Positions 57,462 to 64,000 of a stretch of DNA of 64,000 nt are shown in pieces (position 1 is the stretch's first letter; every line of letters starts with the position of its first letter). Made by a program: the position numbers and the translations under genes. The DNA comes from an uncultured Planctomycetota bacterium (lineage in GTDB: Bacteria > Planctomycetota > UBA11346): assembly GCA_903902515.1 (NCBI GenBank), contig CAIUVD010000326.1:2350-66349 (forward strand), written 5' to 3'. The notes beneath the pieces are model-generated. The model made no database searches, had not been told where the DNA came from, and was given only the letters and a program-made list of their open reading frames with translations.

Positions 57462-58996
57462 TGCCACCCCCTGACCTTCCCCCGGGCAACCTGCTCACCG
57501 AATCCCTGTTCGGGGTCGTGGACCTCCATGGAAACCGACACCATCTGACGCTCCCCGGCGTGCTTGCCCGTTTGGCCGACCCGGCCGCGACCACCATCGG
57601 CTTCACCGCTCTGCAGGCCCATCAATCCCATGCCTGGCATGCCTTCCTGGTGCAATTGGCGGCCATGGTCCTGCACCGGGCAGGGGTGACGGACCCACCC
57701 ACGGACGCCGCGTGGTGGGGTGACCGATTGCGTGAACTCGGAAGTGGCGAGGAGGCCTGGACCCTGGTGGTGGAGGACCTGTCGAAACCCGCGTTCATGC
57801 AGCCGCCGGTGCCAGAATTAAACTTGCAAGGCTTCAATGTCGCCGACTCATTTTCATCGGAATGTGACCTTCCCCAGACCGCTCGAAATCACGATTACAA
57901 AGTCAAAAATAACCCGGGCGATGCTGCCCATTGGATCTACGGACTGATATCGGTTCAAACCTGTCAGAACTATTCTGGGGCCACTAAATACGGAATTATT
58001 CGCATGAACGGTGGAACCGGCAGTCGGTTAGCTACCGGCGTGACCGTGGGGCTGGATGTAGGTCATCACTTTCGGAAGGATGTTCATGCCATCCTCGAAG
58101 CTCGCCCGGACATTTACGAGGCGGCTGGATTCGCCCCTGACCATGGAATCTGTCTTCTCTGGCAAGAGTCTTGGGACGGAAAATCGGGTTTGCCCGTGTC
58201 CACCTTGGATCCATTCGTCATTGAGATTTGCCGAAGATTACGGCTTATGCCTCGTAAAAACGGCATGCTCCTCCACGCAATCGGTTCAGAAACCGAACGG
58301 ATCATCATTCCCCGAGATAAAAAACAGTGGCGCATACGAAATGCACATGGCGACCCGTGGACACCCGTTGAAAAAGCCGACAGCAAAGCCGTCTCGATGA
58401 CGGAGCGGGGATTCACATATTCTGCAACAGTTAAGATCCTTCTTTCATCGGATGTTACTCGGCCGCCATCGCGCTTCCTCGCTGCGGGGGAATCCGGTGA
58501 TGCTCGGTGGTATGGCAAGGTTTTGGTCAAAGGAGGACAAGGAAAAATCGGTGCGTGGCACGAACGAGAGGTACCGATCCCAGGACACCTACGCTCCCGC
58601 TTTGCCCGCCCCGAAGGTCGCGATGCCCTAGCTATCGTCGCCAAAGACATGATCGACCTCGCCGCCACCATGCGGCTCAAGATCCTCAAGTCGGCCCTGA
58701 CCGCCCTGTGGGAGGATGCCGAGGGCCGCATCGATCAAGCCCTCGCACGTCTGGAACAGGCCGTCGATGCCTGTTTCTTTGACCACCTGTGGGCCCATCC
58801 CGACGATCCCACCCCGTGGCGGACTGTCCTGGCAGACCTCGCCAGGCAGATCCTCGACGAGGACTGCGCTCTGGTCGGCCCAGCGGCCGATCGCTGGCAA
58901 CGCCTAAGCGCCGCCGAAAGCCGCTTCACCTGGCACCTCCATCACAACCCCAAACACGGGCCCTTCCTGCCCCGGATCACCCATGCCACCCCCTGA
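57461..58996 (+). CDS. cas8e: Cas8e / Cse1 (CasA), Cascade large subunit
   Basis: Family-typical N-terminus (NLLTESLFGVVDLHGNRHHLTLPGVLARL); position after cas3; TGATG overlap with cas3 stop. Confidence 0.9.
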   Translation: MPPPDLPPGNLLTESLFGVVDLHGNRHHLTLPGVLARLADPAATTIGFTALQAHQSHAWHAFLVQLAAMVLHRAGVTDPPTDAAWWGDRLRELGSGEEAWTLVVEDLSKPAFMQPPVPELNLQGFNVADSFSSECDLPQTARNHDYKVKNNPGDAAHWIYGLISVQTCQNYSGATKYGIIRMNGGTGSRLATGVTVGLDVGHHFRKDVHAILEARPDIYEAAGFAPDHGICLLWQESWDGKSGLPVSTLDPFVIEICRRLRLMPRKNGMLLHAIGSETERIIIPRDKKQWRIRNAHGDPWTPVEKADSKAVSMTERGFTYSATVKILLSSDVTRPPSRFLAAGESGDARWYGKVLVKGGQGKIGAWHEREVPIPGHLRSRFARPEGRDALAIVAKDMIDLAATMRLKILKSALTALWEDAEGRIDQALARLEQAVDACFFDHLWAHPDDPTPWRTVLADLARQILDEDCALVGPAADRWQRLSAAESRFTWHLHHNPKHGPFLPRITHATP

Positions 58997-59486
58997 TGTG
59001 CCTCTCATGACCGCTCCCCCGAGTCTGGCCTCCCTCATCGGCCGTTTGGCGGCCCGGGTCGGCAGCCTGGGTGCCGGGCCCCGGGCAGAACTTCGCCGCC
59101 TGCATCCGGATGCCTCGGACCGTTGGCGGGCGGAGACCTTTTACCGTCTTTACGCCGAGGTCATCGCCCCCGAGGGCGCGGGCGGGGACCTCCACGAACG
59201 CCGGTGGGCCATCCTGCTGGCGGGTCTGGCGGCCCTGGAGCATGCCCCCGGTTCCGCCCTCGGGCGAGTCCTGGCTGAATCCGGCTTTGCCCCGGCCCGG
59301 TTCACCCGGCTCCTTGATGCCGACGACGACCACCTGCCGGACCAGATACGGGCCGTGGTGTCCTACCTCGGCTCGAAGGGCCAGACCGTCAACTGGACCG
59401 ATGTTGCCCATCTGCTGCTGGATGGCGACCGCGATGCGGTTCGTCGTCGTATCGCTGCCACCTACTACCGCTTTTCCAAGGCCTAA
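58983..59486 (+). CDS. cse2: Cse2 / Cas11e (CasB), Cascade small subunit
   Basis: ~160-aa helical protein in canonical position; start may instead be M9 (59007). Confidence 0.8.
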   Translation: MPPPDVPLMTAPPSLASLIGRLAARVGSLGAGPRAELRRLHPDASDRWRAETFYRLYAEVIAPEGAGGDLHERRWAILLAGLAALEHAPGSALGRVLAESGFAPARFTRLLDADDDHLPDQIRAVVSYLGSKGQTVNWTDVAHLLLDGDRDAVRRRIAATYYRFSKA

Positions 59487-59489
59487 ACC

Positions 59490-60701
59490 ATGTCTGCCCG
59501 CTTTCTTCAGTTCCATACCCTCACCTCTTTCCCCGCCAGCCTGCTGAATCGCGACGATGCGGGTCTGGCCAAGCAGATCCCCTTCGGCGGCAGCGTCCGC
59601 ACGCGCATCAGCAGCCAGTGCCTCAAGCGCCACTGGCGGACCTTCGAGGGGGACCACGACCTCAAGACCATCGCGGGGGATATGGGCCTGTCCGTCCGAT
59701 CCCGCGAGGCTTTCCGTCGCAAGGTGGCCCAACCGCTGATCGCCGATGGCCTGGATCCGGCCAAGGTCGAGGCGGTCGTCGGGGCCTTGATGCGCCAAGC
59801 CCTGGGGGAAAGCGCCAAGAAGGCCAAGGGCCGGGCGGCCGCCGATGCCGGGGGCGAAGCGGATGCCGAAGTCCCGGCCAAGGACGCCAAAGCGAAGAAA
59901 GACGACGGCGATGCCCTCCACACGGGGCAGATCGTGGTCCTCGGAGAACGCGAACTGGCCTTCGTTCGCGCCACCGCGGCCGCCGTCATCGCCGAGATCA
60001 AAGACCTCAAAAAGGTCGATGACGCGGTGAAGGCCGCCCTCGGCAAGGAAGCCCTGGCCAACCTCAAGGCTACGACCAATGCCGGCCTCGATGCGGCCGT
60101 CTTTGGTCGGATGGTGACCAGCGACAATCTGGCCCGCTGCGATGCAGCCATCCATGTCGCCCACAGCTTCACCGTTCACGCCTCCCAGAGCGAAGCCGAC
60201 TACTTTACGGCCATGGATGACCTGACCCTGGAGGCCGGCGAAGGCGGTTCCGGCCACATTAACAGCACCGACCTGACCACTGGCTTGTTCTACGGCTATG
60301 TGGTCGTCGATGTCGACCTGCTGGTGAAGAACCTCGGTGGGGACCGGGCCCTGGCGGCCAGCGTGGTGGAATCCATCCCCCATTTGATCGCGACCGTGTC
60401 GCCCGGGGCGAAGTTGGGATCCACCGCGCCCCACAGTTTCGCCCATCTGCTGCTGGCCGAGGCCGGCAACCGCCAGCCCTGCACCCTGGCCAATGCCTTC
60501 CTGGGATCGGTACCCCTGAAGGGCAATCTCCTGGAAACGACCTATGCCCGCTTGGCCCAGGAAGCCGGGGATCTGGATGCCAACTTTGGTTCGACCCCTG
60601 CACGGACGGCCATGATCCGGGGCGCCCCGTTCCCCCTCCCCGGCCTCGCGCCGACCTCCTTGCCGACGGTGGCCGCCTGGTGTGCGGACCAGGTGCGGTG
60701 A
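59490..60701 (+). CDS. cas7e: Cas7e (CasC/Cse4), Cascade backbone
   Basis: MSARFLQFHTLTSFPASLLNRDDAG...GSVRTRISSQCLKRHWR matches Cas7e N-terminal signature. Confidence 0.95.
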   Translation: MSARFLQFHTLTSFPASLLNRDDAGLAKQIPFGGSVRTRISSQCLKRHWRTFEGDHDLKTIAGDMGLSVRSREAFRRKVAQPLIADGLDPAKVEAVVGALMRQALGESAKKAKGRAAADAGGEADAEVPAKDAKAKKDDGDALHTGQIVVLGERELAFVRATAAAVIAEIKDLKKVDDAVKAALGKEALANLKATTNAGLDAAVFGRMVTSDNLARCDAAIHVAHSFTVHASQSEADYFTAMDDLTLEAGEGGSGHINSTDLTTGLFYGYVVVDVDLLVKNLGGDRALAASVVESIPHLIATVSPGAKLGSTAPHSFAHLLLAEAGNRQPCTLANAFLGSVPLKGNLLETTYARLAQEAGDLDANFGSTPARTAMIRGAPFPLPGLAPTSLPTVAAWCADQVR

Positions 60702-61441
60702 TGCGGGTCCTCCTTCTTCGCCTGGAAGGTCCGCTGATGTCCTTCGGGGATGTCAAAGTGGATGCCCGCAACCCGACCCGGGATCATCCGGGTCTCGGCC
60801 AGATGACAGGCCTCTTGGGCAATGCCCTAGGCTATGACCATGCTGACGCTGACCGGCTGACCCGCCTCCAGGAACGCCTGCGGGTAGCCAGTCGGTGCGA
60901 GGTCGCCGGCACCCCCCTGCGGGATTATCAAACGGTCGACCTCGGTCAGCCGTTCATGCAGGAAGGCTGGACGACCCGCGGCCAGGTTGAAGGTCGCAAA
61001 GGTGGCACCGCCAGTGATGGCACCCACATTCGTCAACGACACTACCACGCCGACCGCCTACAGATGGTCGCCGTGACCCTGACCCCCAGCGACGAATTTC
61101 CGACCATCGATGAGGTGGCGGCGGCCCTTGATGCCCCGGCCCGGCCTCTGTTCCTGGGCCGTAAGGCGTGCCTGCCTTCAGGGCGGCTCAATGCCGGCCT
61201 CATTGAGGCACCCACGCTGCACGCAGCCCTGGAACAAGCGCCCCGGGATCGCCGGGCGGCTACCACATTCCTCTCGGCGTGGTGGCCCGAGGACCCCGCG
61301 ACCACGCCGCCTGCCGATAGCCGGGTGGTCGCCGTGGTGGACGAGCGGGATTGGCGGGGCCAAGTGGTGGTGGGCCGGCGTCTGGTGCGTCAGGGCCGGG
61401 TGAATCCGCCCCTGGCATCGGCGGAGGTGGCCCATGTCTGA
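60701..61441 (+). CDS. cas5e: Cas5e (CasD)
   Basis: MRVLLLRLEGPLMSFGD signature start; ATGA overlap with cas7e stop. Confidence 0.9.
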   Translation: MRVLLLRLEGPLMSFGDVKVDARNPTRDHPGLGQMTGLLGNALGYDHADADRLTRLQERLRVASRCEVAGTPLRDYQTVDLGQPFMQEGWTTRGQVEGRKGGTASDGTHIRQRHYHADRLQMVAVTLTPSDEFPTIDEVAAALDAPARPLFLGRKACLPSGRLNAGLIEAPTLHAALEQAPRDRRAATTFLSAWWPEDPATTPPADSRVVAVVDERDWRGQVVVGRRLVRQGRVNPPLASAEVAHV

Positions 61442-62240
61442 TCTCCACCTCCTTCGGTTGGCCATCGACCCGGCGGGCCTCGCTCGTCTGGCCCGGCACC
61501 TGCACATTGCGGACGAGGACGACGCTGGCTATCGCCTGCATGCCCTGTTAGCCGGACTGTTCGGGGACGCCGCCCCCGCGCCCTGGCAGCGGGACGACCG
61601 CACCCCCACACGCCACCTGGTGCTGTGGGCGTATAGTTCCCTGACCTGGGATGCGCTCGCAACCCTGGCCCACGACCGCTTCACCGCACCGGATGCCGTG
61701 GGGTTAGACGCGGACCTCATCAGCCTGCTGCGAGGCGCCCTGGCCTGGGAAGCCTGCGCCAGCAAACCGGTCGTGCCCCTGGCCCAGGGGCGGACCATCG
61801 CCTTTGACCTGCGGGCCTGCGCCGTGGTTCGCCTGCACCGGGACCTGCCGGGGATTCCGGCAACGGGGGATCATGGGGCGATTGCCGCCCGCAAGGCGGG
61901 GAATGAGGTCGATGTGCTCATCGCGGAGGCTCTCCGCCAGCAGGTGCATCCGTCAGCCCTGCCCACTGAAACCATTTACCAAACTTGGCTTGCCTCAGCC
62001 CTGGGCCGGACGAATGGCAGCACGGTGGAACACCTGCAACTCACCGGGCAACGCACCATCAGCGGCCTTCGCCGCCACCAGGCCGGCGGACGGCGGCCGA
62101 TTCACCTGCCCGAGGTCCGCGCCACCGGAACGCTGACCATCACCGATCCCGTCGCCTGGGCCGCGACCCTAGCCCGGGGCATTGGCCGCCATCGTGCCTT
62201 CGGCTTCGGGATGTTGCTCCTGAGACCAGTGGCGGGATAA
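61434..62240 (+). CDS. cas6e: Cas6e (CasE/Cse3) crRNA endoribonuclease
   Basis: Overall Cas6e similarity incl. C-terminal Gly-rich loop (GIGRHRAFGFGMLLL). Confidence 0.85.
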   Translation: MSDLHLLRLAIDPAGLARLARHLHIADEDDAGYRLHALLAGLFGDAAPAPWQRDDRTPTRHLVLWAYSSLTWDALATLAHDRFTAPDAVGLDADLISLLRGALAWEACASKPVVPLAQGRTIAFDLRACAVVRLHRDLPGIPATGDHGAIAARKAGNEVDVLIAEALRQQVHPSALPTETIYQTWLASALGRTNGSTVEHLQLTGQRTISGLRRHQAGGRRPIHLPEVRATGTLTITDPVAWAATLARGIGRHRAFGFGMLLLRPVAG

Positions 62241-62247
62241 TCCGGCC

Positions 62248-62568
62248 ATGACCATCGACGACCTCCCCTTCGATCGCAAGGCCCTCGCCAACTTGTGCCG
62301 CCAGCGCGGGATCCTGCGGCTCGAAGTCTTTGGGAGTTTCGCTCGGGGAACTGCCGGACCGACCAGCGATGTCGACGTGCTGGTGACCTTCGATCCTGCG
62401 GTATCCCTGGGCTGGACCTATTGGGGCATCCCGGATGAGTTGTCCGCCGTGTTCGGCCGCCCCGTCGACATGCTGACCCGTGCCGTGGTCGAGACCGATC
62501 ACAACGCCGGATTCCGCGCCAGCGTCCTGGCGACCACCGAGGACCTCTACCATGCTGCTGCCGCCTGA
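62248..62568 (+). CDS. mntA: MntA-type minimal nucleotidyltransferase (antitoxin of HepT/MntA TA pair)
   Basis: GSFARGTAGPTSDVDVLV (GSx9-13DxD) motif; 106 aa. Confidence 0.85.
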   Translation: MTIDDLPFDRKALANLCRQRGILRLEVFGSFARGTAGPTSDVDVLVTFDPAVSLGWTYWGIPDELSAVFGRPVDMLTRAVVETDHNAGFRASVLATTEDLYHAAAA

Positions 62569-62905
62569 CCGGCACCGACTGGTCGATATGCGGCACTATG
62601 CCGCCAAAGCCCTGGCCTTCACGGACGGACTGACGGAAGTGGCTTTTCTAGCGGATGAACTGCGGTTATTTGCGACCATCCGCTGTATCGAGGTAATCGG
62701 CGAAGCCGCCTCGAAGGTCAGCAAAGAGACCCGGGAACAGCACCCCGAACTCCCGTGGGTTTTCATGGCCCCCATGCGCCACATCTGCATCCATGAGTAC
62801 GGGCGCGTCGATCCGCTGCGCATTTGGCAGACCGTCCGGTTCTCTTTGCCAGATTTGGTGGCCCACCTTGACCGCATCCTGGCCGAACCGGATTCCAGGC
62901 CCTGA
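62552..62905 (+). CDS. hepT: HepT-type (DUF86/HEPN) toxin
   Basis: Rx4HxY HEPN motif RHICIHEY; start MLLPPDRH overlaps mntA by 17 nt; stop overlaps cas1 ATG (TGATG). Confidence 0.8.
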   Translation: MLLPPDRHRLVDMRHYAAKALAFTDGLTEVAFLADELRLFATIRCIEVIGEAASKVSKETREQHPELPWVFMAPMRHICIHEYGRVDPLRIWQTVRFSLPDLVAHLDRILAEPDSRP

Positions 62906-63777
62906 TGCTGCGCGGGCGCCTGGGTCTGGAGACCGCCCGGGTTCCCCACGGGGACCGTCACGGTCTGTTGTGGCTGTCGTTCGGGAATCTGACGGTTGAT
63001 GACGGCTGCCTGCGCTTCACCGCCGCCGGGGGCCATGACCTGGCCGCCGGGGATTATCAGATACCCCATCAAACCCTCTCACTGATCTTGCTGGGACCGG
63101 GAACCACCATCAGTCAGGATGCCCTGCGCCTCTGTGCCCGGCATGGTACCGGGGTGGTCGCGGTGGGTGACGGCGGCGTTCGGATGTATTCAGCCCCACC
63201 CCTGGGACCCGACCAATCCCAAGCCGCTCGGGCCCAGGTCCGACTGTGGAGCGACCTGAACGGCGGACGGATGCTGGTGGCCCGCAACATGTACGCCCTG
63301 CGTTTTGGGGAGATGCTGCCCGCCACCGACATTGAAGCCCTGCGCGGCATCGAAGGCGGACGGGTGAAGGAATCCTACCGCCGGATCGCCCAGCAGTTTG
63401 GCATCCCTTGGCAAGGCCGCCGCTACGACCGCAACGATCCTGAGGGGGCCGACGCCCCCAACCAGGCCATCAACCATGCCGCCACCGCCGTCGAGGCCGC
63501 CGCCATGATTGCCGTCGCCGCCACGGGAACGATCCCCGCCCTCGGCTTCATCCACGAAGATTCCGGCATGAGTTGGATCCTCGACATCGCGGATCTTGCC
63601 CGAGCCGACACCACCATCCCGGTGGCCTTCGCCGCCGTCAAAGCCGCCAGTGCCGACCCCAGCGTCCCCCTCGAACGCCATGTCCGGCGCTGCGCCAACG
63701 CCGCCTTCCGCAAACAGGCCCTGATCCCCCGGTTCATCGACAACATCCACCACCTCCTCGACCTTCCGACCACCTGA
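62905..63777 (+). CDS. cas1: Cas1e integrase
   Basis: Cas1e family similarity along the full length (GFIHEDSGMSWILDIADL...). Confidence 0.95.
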   Translation: MLRGRLGLETARVPHGDRHGLLWLSFGNLTVDDGCLRFTAAGGHDLAAGDYQIPHQTLSLILLGPGTTISQDALRLCARHGTGVVAVGDGGVRMYSAPPLGPDQSQAARAQVRLWSDLNGGRMLVARNMYALRFGEMLPATDIEALRGIEGGRVKESYRRIAQQFGIPWQGRRYDRNDPEGADAPNQAINHAATAVEAAAMIAVAATGTIPALGFIHEDSGMSWILDIADLARADTTIPVAFAAVKAASADPSVPLERHVRRCANAAFRKQALIPRFIDNIHHLLDLPTT

Positions 63778-63778
63778 C

Positions 63779-64000
63779 ATGGTGGTCATCGTCACCCGCG
63801 ATGCCGCCGACCGGACCCGCGGCTTCCTCGCCAGTTGCCTGCTGGAAATCGCCCCCGGCGTCTACGTGGGCCCCCGCATGAACCCCGCTGTCCGGGAACG
63901 GGTCTGGGCCGTCCTCTGTGAATGGCAGCCCCTGACCGGCGGCTCCGTGGTCATGACCTGGAACGATCACCGGGCCATTGGTGGTCTTGGCCTCGCCGTC
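63779..64000 (+). CDS. cas2: Cas2e (5' part; runs off window end)
   Basis: ATG at 63779 one nt after cas1 stop; MVVIVTRDAADRTRGFLASCLLEIAPGVYVG matches the Cas2e N-terminus. Confidence 0.85.
   Translation, partial: MVVIVTRDAADRTRGFLASCLLEIAPGVYVGPRMNPAVRERVWAVLCEWQPLTGGSVVMTWNDHRAIGGLGLAV

Overview
High-GC (~65-70%) bacterial chromosomal segment, gene-dense on both strands, most likely from the Planctomycetes-Verrucomicrobia-Chlamydiae (PVC) group. Pointers to that group are two Ala/Lys/Pro-repeat histone H1-like proteins, abundant FHA/Ser-Thr kinase/PP2C signalling genes, and a glycoside hydrolase GH88/GH105 family (unsaturated glycuronyl hydrolase) gene. The first ~50 kb is mostly housekeeping. 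Recognised genes are pheS, ilvD, a glmM-like phosphohexomutase, prfA, gyrA, tsaC, pcrA/uvrD, panC, folC, cdaA-cdaR, folP, moaC, uvrB, xseA, dgt, rpe, trxA, sfsA, ampG and a pterin dehydratase. Interspersed are a RAYT (IS200-like) transposase wedged into the prfA-glmM operon, an envelope/phospho-signalling cluster at 17.5-28.9 kb, a lower-GC polysaccharide cluster at 50-53.4 kb, and a decayed junk zone at 53.4-54.8 kb holding an orphan VapB/FitA antitoxin, an IS4 transposase remnant and a Cas4-like N-terminal fragment. The last 9 kb carry a complete type I-E CRISPR-Cas operon: cas3, cas8e, cse2, cas7e, cas5e, cas6e, then mntA-hepT, then cas1 and cas2 (partial at the window end). The MntA/HepT toxin-antitoxin pair is translationally embedded between cas6e and cas1. 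No CRISPR array lies in the window; it is presumably beyond cas2. No tRNA or rRNA genes were seen. Long ORFs antisense to real genes are GC-artefacts. Minus-strand coordinates follow the supplied ORF track; my own base counting was off by one at a few sites (e.g. near 40.08 kb and 42.84 kb), so intergenic feature positions are approximate.
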